Shown one piece after another: positions 38,313 through 47,751 of a DNA stretch of 64,000 nucleotides. Source of the stretch: a virus (taxonomy: Duplodnaviria; Caudoviricetes); IMG/VR virus record IMGVR_UViG_3300028797_000118, positions 1 to 64,000 of that record, one strand, 5' to 3'. Below the pieces are notes generated by a model. It saw only the letters and a program-made list of their open reading frames with translations. It was not told the origin of the DNA and did no database searches. Positions within the stretch are counted from its first letter, which is position 1; each line of letters begins with the position of its first letter. A program made the position numbers and the translations under genes.

Positions 38313-38393
38313 ATAAAAAATCACTCCAGCCCGTTAAAGTTGTGAGTGATTTTTTAATTTCTCTCGCTTCAAAGGGGTATCACTACCGCCTTC
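38313..38393 (-). ncRNA. Orphan paralogous sRNA B
   Basis: TTGAAA-16-TATAAT promoter (38427-38400); homologous to sRNA A with compensatory terminator changes; no toxin on the opposite strand. Confidence 0.7.
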
Positions 38394-38494
38394 TTTATTA
38401 TTATAGCACAAAAATATATTATTTCAAGCAATAACATTCCCCATCATCAAGAGAACAATTCGGATACTCTTTACTCCTTTAGCTGATGGAAGTG

Positions 38495-41400
38495 TCAAGA
38501 TTCGGAGATAATAGAATATTTGGTGACTAATAATTCTTTATCTTCTAATTGTTTCCATACTTCTTTTCCTACATCATTTACTATTTTAGCCCATTTGAAA
38601 TCATTGGCCCATTCTTTTATATGTAATATTTGACCCTCGTCAAATGGATTTTTTTCAAAAACTTTTTTGCGAAACTTTGCAATTATATTGAATCCAGTTT
38701 TTAATTGATATAAAGTTACAAGTTTAGATTGTTTGCCATTTATTTTTGATGCAACATATACATCTTCAGAAACATTCGGTATAGTGATTTGCAAATATCC
38801 AAGACATTCTAATTCATAATTTATTTTATCGAAAATTGTTGTTTGGGGCATAGGATATTTATTTATAATGGTTCTAATTAATGGTTTTGTATCTTCAAAA
38901 ATCATTTTTTTATTTGTAGATTTTTGAGCATATTTTTCAAAGTCACTATAATCATAAGTGGATTCTAGTATTTCTTCTTTTTTAAACTCTTTTCTGCTAT
39001 AAAATTTATTAAATATTTCAGTTTGCTTAAGAAGTTCATTTATATCTCCAAACATAGAAAAATAGTTTATTTTTATCAATATTATGAGCTGTCGAGAATC
39101 AATGTTTGTTTCGTTCTTTATATCAGCTAAAAGATCAATAAAATCGCAGTATTTTTCTTTTTTCAATTGATAAAGTTCTTCAGCTATTGTACGACTCATA
39201 TTAAGAACAGCCGATAAAGCAGGGACAATCAGTTTATTTTGAGGATCTGCTTTGAATTCTCTATTATCTAAACCAAATAAATAAGCTCCTTCAGATATTC
39301 CGAATCCTTTTTTCATTTCATTTTTAAGAGCTACAACTTTTGATTTATTACCTTTTTGTACATAATAATTTAGTAAGGTTTCATAAAATTCATATGGATA
39401 ATGTGCTTTTTGCCAAGCTTGATAAAGGCCATCAAGTGCTACAGCATATGCATGAGAACTATTAAATGAATATCCACAGTTATCATTTATGATTATCCAT
39501 ACTTTTTCTGCACTTTCCTGAGCTTTATTTTCAGATAAATGCTCTTCTTCAATCAATTTTTTCTTAAATCCGAGAATAAATCTAGTTTTAAGTGGCTTAA
39601 CTTTTTCAGGATGTTTTTTTGCAATTGCCTTAATTGCACTATAACACTCGCTCATTGGAAATCCCGCATAGTTAAGAACCATCATACATTGTTCTTGAAA
39701 AAAGATATAAGAAACAGGAAGTTCTTCTGTTCGTAGCATATTATCAAGAGCAGGTATTCCATATGAGAAATCTTCTCTACTTTCAAATTTGGAATACATT
39801 GATTTAAATCCTGGCCTTATCGCAGCAACAAATGCACTGAGCTCAGATATATTATGTGGTTTATATTTCATGCACTTATTTCTTGTGTTTTCTTTTTCAA
39901 CCTGATTTATACTTATGGTTAATCCTTTAGCATAAATATCCCAAGTAGCTTCATCATTTTTCGTTTTTTCTATTAAGGTATCGACATCAAAATGTTCTAT
40001 ACCGATACGTTTAAAAACAAGATCTATTAAAAGAACAACGTCAACTTTTAATATATCATTTTTTAAAAATTTATAATTTTCTGCTATAGCTCCATCTATT
40101 ACACATGTAATATATTCTTTTTTAGATGTTCTGCTCTTACATTTTATTAAGCCAATTTCTCTGCGTATATCCCCATCATATAAAAGATAAGCACTTGGAG
40201 CACGTTTTTTGTCGGAAATAACGCCCCAATACTCTTTACTCTTTTCTATATATTCAGAGTATTGTTCATCAACATAATCATAAATATTTATTTCGTTTTC
40301 TTCATCATCAGAAGCGTTTTTAATAGCTTCATCATATTGACTTATTTGTTTTGAGATTGTATTTGCAAGGTCAAAGTTCATATTTTTTGCTTTAGCATAC
40401 ATTTTAAATGCTGCAAGCTTTTTCATTGTACCAAAAGCAAGCATGGCAACAGCATGATTTTCACCTAATATTCGTTGTTGTGCTTGCTCAAAGATTTCTG
40501 GTGTACCTACGTTTAAATCTATATCTGGAAGAGAACGAGTCTCAAGAATCCTTGTAGTGGAAATAAATCTTTCTGGATATAACTTAATAGCAGATTTAAA
40601 CCTATCTATTTTTGAAAATCCGCAAAGTGTATTTGAAAAGAAACCAATAGCAGATCCTCTTCCGGTATCAGTGATAAGACCACCATGTTTAAGAGCATCT
40701 TGAACAATTGCATAATCAAGAAGAGGATAATCACACATACCGGTATCTTTATAAGTTTGAACTTCAGCTTTAACCCCTTCATAATATCTTTGATAATCTT
40801 CTGAAGGAATCTTCTTCATATATTCTTTAAATTTCTTAGTTATAAGTCTTGAATATTTTTTATCTTTTTCAGCTTTTGTTAGATTGGGATATAAAGATGG
40901 AAGTTTTATATCTTTAGTAAAAATGCGAACATTATCATAATCACAAAAATCTAATGCAATGTCAGTATTATTCATTGCACGATGAATAAGCTCATCAGAA
41001 AAAACTCCTTGAGCTTTAAATCTATTGATTACATTTTCGTCGCTTGGATAATCCATAAACCAACCATCTTCATCATCATAATGGACATCCTTTGCTTCTA
41101 AAAGATAATCTCTTAATTTTTCATCTTCTGAATTAGTATAATGTGAATCAAGTCCTACAATAAAATCAATATTGTATTTTTTTGCAAGTTCTAATTGATG
41201 AAAAGACCAATCTTTTTGTTTTTTTGTATTATGATATTGAGCTTCTAAGAAGAAGTTTTCTCCAAAATGATCATGGAATTGCCCTACAATTTCGTCAATA
41301 TCTTCATATCCTGAAAAAGCAATACAAGCGGATGATACTACGACATCTTTAGGCGGTAAGCTTAATATCAAAGGAATGTCGATACGCGGTCTATAATAAT

Positions 41401-41725
41401 ATCCGGTAATATTAGCTTCAGATAAGATATCATTTATTGCTTCTCTTCCTTGATTTGATTTTGCCCAAATACAGATATGATGATTGGATTTATCTTTTTC
41501 AAAACGATCTTTAACCCAATAAGCTTCGGTTCCAATTACAGCTTTTAAATTATATTTTTTGGCAAGTTCATATGTTTGGAAATAATAGCCTTGCCATCCA
41601 TGTTCAATAGACGACAAGACTTTGTGATTTAATTCTAATGCACGTTTAGCATAATCTTCATTTGAAACAACTGCATCTGTAATCATGATATTCGAATATG
41701 AAGTATGACGATGTAAATTTTGCAT
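38495..41725 (-). CDS. dnaE: DNA polymerase III alpha subunit (family C)
   Basis: PHP HRHTSYS...DSH; GRGSA, PDIDLN, LKNDIL, RPG, FQEQ, YSFNSSHA. Confidence 0.95.
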   Translation of the reverse strand: MQNLHRHTSYSNIMITDAVVSNEDYAKRALELNHKVLSSIEHGWQGYYFQTYELAKKYNLKAVIGTEAYWVKDRFEKDKSNHHICIWAKSNQGREAINDILSEANITGYYYRPRIDIPLILSLPPKDVVVSSACIAFSGYEDIDEIVGQFHDHFGENFFLEAQYHNTKKQKDWSFHQLELAKKYNIDFIVGLDSHYTNSEDEKLRDYLLEAKDVHYDDEDGWFMDYPSDENVINRFKAQGVFSDELIHRAMNNTDIALDFCDYDNVRIFTKDIKLPSLYPNLTKAEKDKKYSRLITKKFKEYMKKIPSEDYQRYYEGVKAEVQTYKDTGMCDYPLLDYAIVQDALKHGGLITDTGRGSAIGFFSNTLCGFSKIDRFKSAIKLYPERFISTTRILETRSLPDIDLNVGTPEIFEQAQQRILGENHAVAMLAFGTMKKLAAFKMYAKAKNMNFDLANTISKQISQYDEAIKNASDDEENEINIYDYVDEQYSEYIEKSKEYWGVISDKKRAPSAYLLYDGDIRREIGLIKCKSRTSKKEYITCVIDGAIAENYKFLKNDILKVDVVLLIDLVFKRIGIEHFDVDTLIEKTKNDEATWDIYAKGLTISINQVEKENTRNKCMKYKPHNISELSAFVAAIRPGFKSMYSKFESREDFSYGIPALDNMLRTEELPVSYIFFQEQCMMVLNYAGFPMSECYSAIKAIAKKHPEKVKPLKTRFILGFKKKLIEEEHLSENKAQESAEKVWIIINDNCGYSFNSSHAYAVALDGLYQAWQKAHYPYEFYETLLNYYVQKGNKSKVVALKNEMKKGFGISEGAYLFGLDNREFKADPQNKLIVPALSAVLNMSRTIAEELYQLKKEKYCDFIDLLADIKNETNIDSRQLIILIKINYFSMFGDINELLKQTEIFNKFYSRKEFKKEEILESTYDYSDFEKYAQKSTNKKMIFEDTKPLIRTIINKYPMPQTTIFDKINYELECLGYLQITIPNVSEDVYVASKINGKQSKLVTLYQLKTGFNIIAKFRKKVFEKNPFDEGQILHIKEWANDFKWAKIVNDVGKEVWKQLEDKELLVTKYSIISES

Positions 41726-41742
41726 TATTCCCTCCTTAGAAA

Positions 41743-41949
41743 TTAATTTTCATAATTCAGATATTCGTCTACTTTGCTCATATCATATTCAATGGTCCCT
41801 TTTCCTCTTTCTAATTTGAGTTCATTATCCGCTTCATTAAAAAGAAAATTTTTAAGACATCTGCTATCTTGAGTCTGACAAAATTTTTTCCCTTTATAGA
41901 CCCAATACCAACTATCCAATTCACATCCACACCATTCACAATAATCCAT
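41743..41949 (-). CDS. Small zinc-binding protein
   Basis: CEWCG...C...C. Confidence 0.55.
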   Translation of the reverse strand: MDYCEWCGCELDSWYWVYKGKKFCQTQDSRCLKNFLFNEADNELKLERGKGTIEYDMSKVDEYLNYEN

Positions 41950-42490
41950 TTTTTTGCTCTCTTTTATCAGTAAAGGTTTTTATTCGAATAAAACGAAAAC
42001 CTTTTGTTTGACTGTATGCTCCACTTAGAACTTTATTTATTGCTTTAAGGTTTGCTCCGGTAGCTTTTGCTGCAGCTGTTTGAGAATTATAAAGAGTTGC
42101 ATTATAATCTTTGTCTACTACCAATATATCTGTTCTATTAGATTTAGGGATCAAATGATCTTCGTGTGCCATTTGAGAATTTTTTCTTCTTGTCGTCCAT
42201 TGAAGATTTTCAGCAGTATTTTCCTCTTTGTTATTATTGATATGATCAACAACATCAAAATTTATAGGATCAGGATTAGGAACAAATGCTTTAGCAACAA
42301 GAATATTTACTCTTTTTCTTTTTCTAAAAACATTACAAGTATAGTATCCATCTCTATCTTTTGATTGTTTTAAAAGTCGAGTCTTTCTTTTTACACGACC
42401 TTTATTACTAATATAATAATCTTTTGTACCTTCAATTAAAGCCCATTTCTCTCCTGGTAAAGTTGGAACTGGCATACATTTTTCCTCCAA
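41936..42490 (-). CDS. NUMOD4-HNH-NUMOD1 homing endonuclease
   Basis: EKW..I..Y.ISNKGRV; VDHINNNK..N..ENLQWTT..N; C-terminal YNSQTAAAKATG. Confidence 0.88.
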   Translation of the reverse strand: MEEKCMPVPTLPGEKWALIEGTKDYYISNKGRVKRKTRLLKQSKDRDGYYTCNVFRKRKRVNILVAKAFVPNPDPINFDVVDHINNNKEENTAENLQWTTRRKNSQMAHEDHLIPKSNRTDILVVDKDYNATLYNSQTAAAKATGANLKAINKVLSGAYSQTKGFRFIRIKTFTDKREQKNGLL

Positions 42491-42628
42491 TTTTGAGCCG
42501 TTGCACCCTCGACATTTAAATATTTAACTGTTCGTGTATACATCAGTATTCATGCATATTTCAGGTCAATGGTAAGATGCATTTATTTGATTTAAATTTC
42601 TACCAGAAAAACACATGATTTTTATAAA

Positions 42629-43213
42629 TCAATCTATAATTTTATCAACATTATCCACTATGTTATCCACATTTTGATAATAATCTTCTCGTCCTAACAA
42701 TAATTGTCCTAAAATAGCAACAATACAATTAGGAACAAGACCATTCCCCGCAGCTTTATATAATGCAGAATTTGATGAAACTTTTTGAGCATCTTCAAAT
42801 TCTTTTTCAGTAAGCCCCATTAAAAGAAATGTTTCTTTTGGAGTTATTTTTCTTATTCTATAAGCATAACCATCTTTAATAACTTCTACTTTGTCCATAT
42901 TTTTCTCCGTTCTTTTTCTTTCAAGAACCATATTATCTTTGAAAACTGAAGTTATACAACCACATATTCCACCTTCTCTCACTTCTAAACGTTGTTCAAG
43001 TTCAATTCCAGGAGTTCTATTTGAAGGATTTTCAATGTTACGACCTCTTGAAGCAACTATATATTTTTCTATGATTATAGGTTGTCTATTACCTCCGCCC
43101 ATAATATTTATTGTTGGACATAATCCACTTGGATCATAGGTATTACCACCGAAATTTCCACCTTCATTTTCTCGGTATATATTTCCTAGACGTTTGATTT
43201 CATTCATGATCAA
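42629..43213 (-). CDS. C5 cytosine methyltransferase, C-terminal part (TRDs + motifs IX-X)
   Basis: RKITPKETFLLMG and LYKAAGNG. Confidence 0.85.
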   Translation of the reverse strand: MIMNEIKRLGNIYRENEGGNFGGNTYDPSGLCPTINIMGGGNRQPIIIEKYIVASRGRNIENPSNRTPGIELEQRLEVREGGICGCITSVFKDNMVLERKRTEKNMDKVEVIKDGYAYRIRKITPKETFLLMGLTEKEFEDAQKVSSNSALYKAAGNGLVPNCIVAILGQLLLGREDYYQNVDNIVDNVDKIID

Positions 43214-44297
43214 ATCCTTTCTCGATCATTATTCTTGTAGGATCCTTATATGCTGTTGATGTAATACAAGGACATACTCCATTTTCATTAAACACCCAAT
43301 TTCTTTGATGTATTTTATCATTATCTGCCGGAGTTATATTCCCAAGAGGACTATTTATCGGCAAGTCTTTAAGACCGCCTCTTTCTAATAATTTTTCTAT
43401 CAGAGCCTTGGCTTTGGGAGTATTTAGGTAATACCTTTCATCTACTTCATCTTCTAAAAAATCTTTCATACATGTAGTAAGTTTTATTGGTTTAGGAAAT
43501 GTATAATTTGCATTTTTATTCAAAATGCTCAATATAAATGTACGATTACGAGATTGAGGTATTCCATAATCTTTAGCATTCATATCAGTCCAAAATGTTT
43601 TATATCCAAGTGAGTTCAATGTTTCTAACCAACTATTAAATTGGACAAGAAACTTTTTACTATGACACGCTGCAACATTTTCTGCTAATAAAATTTGTGG
43701 AAGACAATCTTGTTCTTTACATTCTTCTAGGATCCTTCCAATTTCCCATAACAAAGAGCTAGAAGTTCCTGACCCTTTCTCATAACCTTCTTGTTTTCCG
43801 GCAAAAGAAATTGCTTGACAAGGATATGAATATACTAAAATATATGTATATTTATCCACATTTTTAATCTCAAGGTCTTCTGCATGGACATTTATTATAG
43901 AACCTATATTATGAGTTGCAATGAAATTATTATATGTTTCAATAATCCATTTCTCACCTTTTCTTTTTATCTTGTCATATGTAAGAGGTATCTTGCCATC
44001 AACAGATACTCCTTTCATAAAAAGAAAATCTATGAGTTCATCAATATTTTTATTTTGTGCATAATTTGTATAATCTTTAAAATGCATAGCATTATACATT
44101 TTTACCGCTTGAGCATCCCATTCGGATGTTTTGTAATCTTCATAAGGCCAATCTAATTTTTTTAGAGCGCTGATCTGACACCCTATTCCACTAAAACATG
44201 AGATGAATCTTATAGGAGTAGTAATCTTATATGGTTTATTTTTATTTTCTTGCAGATAATCTTCAAGTTCTATTTGTTCTCCCCAAACAATGCCCAT
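43200..44297 (-). CDS. C5 cytosine methyltransferase, N-terminal part (motifs I-VIII)
   Basis: FSGIG, YPCQ, ENV, PQSRNR. Confidence 0.92.
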   Translation of the reverse strand: MGIVWGEQIELEDYLQENKNKPYKITTPIRFISCFSGIGCQISALKKLDWPYEDYKTSEWDAQAVKMYNAMHFKDYTNYAQNKNIDELIDFLFMKGVSVDGKIPLTYDKIKRKGEKWIIETYNNFIATHNIGSIINVHAEDLEIKNVDKYTYILVYSYPCQAISFAGKQEGYEKGSGTSSSLLWEIGRILEECKEQDCLPQILLAENVAACHSKKFLVQFNSWLETLNSLGYKTFWTDMNAKDYGIPQSRNRTFILSILNKNANYTFPKPIKLTTCMKDFLEDEVDERYYLNTPKAKALIEKLLERGGLKDLPINSPLGNITPADNDKIHQRNWVFNENGVCPCITSTAYKDPTRIMIEKGFDHE

Positions 44298-44308
44298 GCT
44301 ATTCTCCT

Positions 44309-44986
44309 TTAATTTTGTTTATCAAGATAATCATTTGTTATATTAGCTATAGCTTCAATCAATTTTTTTGGATAAGTACTCCTATTTTTTGCTCCTTTTA
44401 TAGCTTGAGTTCCAAAAGTTTTAGAACCGCGTGGAGTTTTAGGATGACAATCATCTCCATATTTGCAAGGCGGAATAAGCGCCGGATTAGGAATATTCGT
44501 CCAAAGATTTGTAGCTTTCATTCTACGCTCATTTAGAGGTAATTCCATCATATATTTGCAATATGTAACAGTATGCTTATATTTTTCATACGGTCTCATC
44601 CAAGTCATCTTTTGAAGACAAGCTCTTGGATTTTCTATCCACCAAACTTTTGGAGATAATTCTTTAAGTAATTCCAAAACATGTTGATCAGTATCATCAC
44701 ATTGCTTCGCATAATCTGATATAGGATCTAGATTTCCTGTTTCTTTATTTTTGATTCTATGATGACTTATTGCGGCAAGACTATATGTCGTGCAATCTGG
44801 AGCCATCCAAACGACATCAGGATGTCTAAATTTTTCTGGTAAATCAGCTAATTTAAGCTTGCCAATATCACAATGCATATCAGCTTCAAGTTTTTCATTC
44901 CAATCTATTGTAAAAGATTCAAATCCATATTTACGAAATTCTGCGGAGATTTCTCCTGTTCCGGAAAATAATTCAAGAATAGTCAT
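44309..44986 (-). CDS. Short C5-methyltransferase-like protein
   Basis: LELFSGTG, APDCTTYS, IENP, Y..Y...K.T.LW. Confidence 0.75.
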   Translation of the reverse strand: MTILELFSGTGEISAEFRKYGFESFTIDWNEKLEADMHCDIGKLKLADLPEKFRHPDVVWMAPDCTTYSLAAISHHRIKNKETGNLDPISDYAKQCDDTDQHVLELLKELSPKVWWIENPRACLQKMTWMRPYEKYKHTVTYCKYMMELPLNERRMKATNLWTNIPNPALIPPCKYGDDCHPKTPRGSKTFGTQAIKGAKNRSTYPKKLIEAIANITNDYLDKQN

Positions 44987-45203
44987 TTTTGTCCTCTTTC
45001 TTCAGATGCAGCACCATCACTTGTTTAAATGTATAATTTTAACAATTAAGACTTACTATCTTTTATAAGATAATAATTATTCTCAAAATCAGGATCGTAG
45101 ACAATTTCATAATCGTCACCTTTTATTTTTTTTAAGATAGACTTTTGTTCAAGCTCAAATACATCTTCAGTAAATTCTATTTCAGCAATTTTAATAAACA
45201 TAT

Positions 45204-45500
45204 TTATCTTTTCCCCTTTCTTAATCTTTCGGTCATAATCGTTTTTTGTTCTTCAGATAATTCTCGTTTAACTATTTTTGATCTAAATGAAATCATTTTT
45301 TTATTTGATAAATTATAATATTTGCCTACTAAGTCGCCATCTTGTGTCTTTGTCTCACGGACAAGTTTGTAATATGTTGGTGCTGATTTACAGAGTTTAT
45401 CTAATCTTGTCATCATTGTTGAATCTGAAGTCCATACAGTACATCCTAAAGAATCTCTGTCAAATTGAATTACTGTTTCTTGTTCACTTATTGGAACCAT
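45204..45500 (-). CDS. Conserved phage hypothetical protein
   Basis: EQETVIQF...VWTSD...RELSEEQK. Confidence 0.6.
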   Translation of the reverse strand: MVPISEQETVIQFDRDSLGCTVWTSDSTMMTRLDKLCKSAPTYYKLVRETKTQDGDLVGKYYNLSNKKMISFRSKIVKRELSEEQKTIMTERLRKGKR

Positions 45501-45678
45501 TTATCTCCACCTCCTCAAATTCTAATTCGGATTCGGCATTACCATTTCCTATTGCTCGAAAGAAAGTATTACAGTCAATGCAATTAAGAATAAGTTCATC
45601 ACTTTTACAAGTCCTGACTTGACCTCCGCATTTGGGACAGATAGCTTTGAAACTTTTATAAAAAATAATATATTTCAT
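45484..45678 (-). CDS. Zinc-ribbon protein
   Basis: CPKCG...CIDC. Confidence 0.6.
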   Translation of the reverse strand: MKYIIFYKSFKAICPKCGGQVRTCKSDELILNCIDCNTFFRAIGNGNAESELEFEEVEINGSNK

Positions 45679-46316
45679 AAATACTCCTTAAGATAAGTTC
45701 TTAGTGGCTCTTGGATTGAATTACTTTTATTTTTTAATTCAAACAGATAATCTTTATCAAGTTGATAAACAAGCCAAAAATTCATATTTTTATATTTACC
45801 ACTCTTAAAAAAGTAAAGTTCTGGATCTGGAAGAGCTTCTTGTTTTATTAGCATTTTAACACTAGATGTAAGTGGTACTCTTAAACTCAGATAATCACTA
45901 AAGTATATAAGTGCTTTAGGATCTTTATCATATGCAATGTCAGAACAATTCCTAAAAGAATCAAGCTGATTTGCAATATAGTCTTTAAGTTTTTGTTTGA
46001 TATCATGTTCAACTTTTATATTTCTTATCCAATTTGTATCTTTAATGTTTCTAAAGCAAGTTGATATACGAATACTATCTCTCATTTTAGGATGTGGATA
46101 TGCTTCTTTAATTTCTTCTAATTGAAGAAAACAATTACATACATCACAACCTATCAAAGTCTGCATGATAAGACCGCCAGGACAATCATAAGCATTTGTT
46201 GCTAAGCACCAAAACTCTAAAGATGTTTTTTCAAGTAAATCAGCACAATATTCACGCATAGATTCAGTTTCAAAAGCATCTAAAAATTTTTTAAAGATTT
46301 TTAGTCTATTGCTCAT
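45675..46316 (-). CDS. Degenerate HD-like protein with C-terminal FxSGKYK domain
   Basis: PGGL..T segment without His/Asp ligands; FKSGKYK..F..V...D..Y. Confidence 0.45.
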   Translation of the reverse strand: MSNRLKIFKKFLDAFETESMREYCADLLEKTSLEFWCLATNAYDCPGGLIMQTLIGCDVCNCFLQLEEIKEAYPHPKMRDSIRISTCFRNIKDTNWIRNIKVEHDIKQKLKDYIANQLDSFRNCSDIAYDKDPKALIYFSDYLSLRVPLTSSVKMLIKQEALPDPELYFFKSGKYKNMNFWLVYQLDKDYLFELKNKSNSIQEPLRTYLKEYL

Positions 46317-46453
46317 TAAATAACCATTCCTTTAAAGTATTAAAAGAGTTAACGGCTTCTGAGGTAAGATTTGGACTAATGGTCATATAATTACTTATTT
46401 CCCATAATCCTTTTATTGCTGCTGTCTTTTGTTCAAGAACTTCAATATCTTTT

Positions 46454-46681
46454 TTATCCATCTTTTAATTCCTCAATAAATTCATCAAGGATTCTATATA
46501 TTTCTATGATATCATCAATTTTATATCCATCCTTATAATTATATTCTGTATAATAATCCGCCATTTTAGTTCTCTTACTTTTAAGACTTTGGGCTAAAAT
46601 GGTAACTTCTCCATGCTTAGTAAAATCTATATTATAATGGACATTTTTTTCTATAGAATCATCTATTATTAGTCTCTTCAA
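46454..46681 (-). CDS. Hypothetical protein
   Basis: 75 aa coupled ORF. Confidence 0.5.
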   Translation of the reverse strand: MKRLIIDDSIEKNVHYNIDFTKHGEVTILAQSLKSKRTKMADYYTEYNYKDGYKIDDIIEIYRILDEFIEELKDG

Positions 46682-47751
46682 AATAAATCATCCTCATTTT
46701 CTTGTCTATCTAATTGATCAATAAAATCACTTAAATATGGACAAGTTTTTTTATGTGGACATAAACTAGTACAATAGTATATGTCATTAACAGTCTTTCC
46801 ATTTTTCTGAACTTTAGTAAAATTTCTATGAGTATTTATCTTATAATCATTCGGATATGTTTCCCAAGATTCGATAGTTTTTTCAATATAGTCTAGACAT
46901 TCTGCTTTAGATTCTTCAGAGAAAACATATTCTTCAACACATGGTTTAATCTTAAATTGGGAAGATACTTGTTTTGGTAATATATTTGTTTCTTTAAAAT
47001 TGTCAATGATCAATTCTATATCAAGTTCATCATAGCCTAATTCTTTAAGTATATTTGAAATTGGGCCGGATAATTCACTACTTATTTTTCTCCGTTCAAT
47101 AGTTTTATGAACTTCAGTTTTTTCTTTACTTTTAATTGTTTTATATCCCCAATATGTTACATTTACATATTTAGTAAATATCCAATTTATACTCCTAACT
47201 TTATAACCTTGAGATTCAAGTGCTAGACCGTAAAATATAAGTTGTCTACCATGTTCTTTTAATTCTGTCTTAGAATAAAAAGAACTTGTTTTGTAATCAT
47301 AGATATCTACGAAGTTATCATGAATCCATATAAGATCCACATATCCTTGCATAAAGTATCCTTTTGGCGTGATATAAGTTACTAGCTCTTCAGCCTTTAA
47401 ATTATCTTTTTTTGGTGATTTGTAATTGGTACAAAAATGAGTCATATTTGATATCCAATTAGTGCGAATAGAATTTCCACCTTTTATATCTTTAGGGAAC
47501 TCAAGCCCAAGCATATCAAGGGTTTCTAATTCACTTTGCATGGCAGGAAGAAGATCTGCTTCAGAAGCTTTATTATTTACTATATTTTCAAGACATTCAT
47601 GAATACTACTTCCAAGAATTGTATATACGTTTTTATCTCCACGATCATCTAAAACATAAGTCCGATAAGCTTCATAGAGACATCTATTGATAGTATCTAA
47701 TCTCGAAATTGAATAAACAGTATTTTTATCCATAATTCTCCTTGTATTCAT
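46678..47751 (-). CDS. Cas4/AddB-like PD-(D/E)xK exonuclease
   Basis: YSISRL...C, GSSIH, E, GYVD, DYKT, QL..Y, C-terminal C-x3-C-x5-C. Confidence 0.85.
   Translation of the reverse strand: MNTRRIMDKNTVYSISRLDTINRCLYEAYRTYVLDDRGDKNVYTILGSSIHECLENIVNNKASEADLLPAMQSELETLDMLGLEFPKDIKGGNSIRTNWISNMTHFCTNYKSPKKDNLKAEELVTYITPKGYFMQGYVDLIWIHDNFVDIYDYKTSSFYSKTELKEHGRQLIFYGLALESQGYKVRSINWIFTKYVNVTYWGYKTIKSKEKTEVHKTIERRKISSELSGPISNILKELGYDELDIELIIDNFKETNILPKQVSSQFKIKPCVEEYVFSEESKAECLDYIEKTIESWETYPNDYKINTHRNFTKVQKNGKTVNDIYYCTSLCPHKKTCPYLSDFIDQLDRQENEDDLF

Noticed and set aside
38495-42490. Intein in DnaE or intron around the HNH gene
   Set aside because: DnaE has normal length and continuous motifs; the HNH gene lies between complete genes and looks free-standing.
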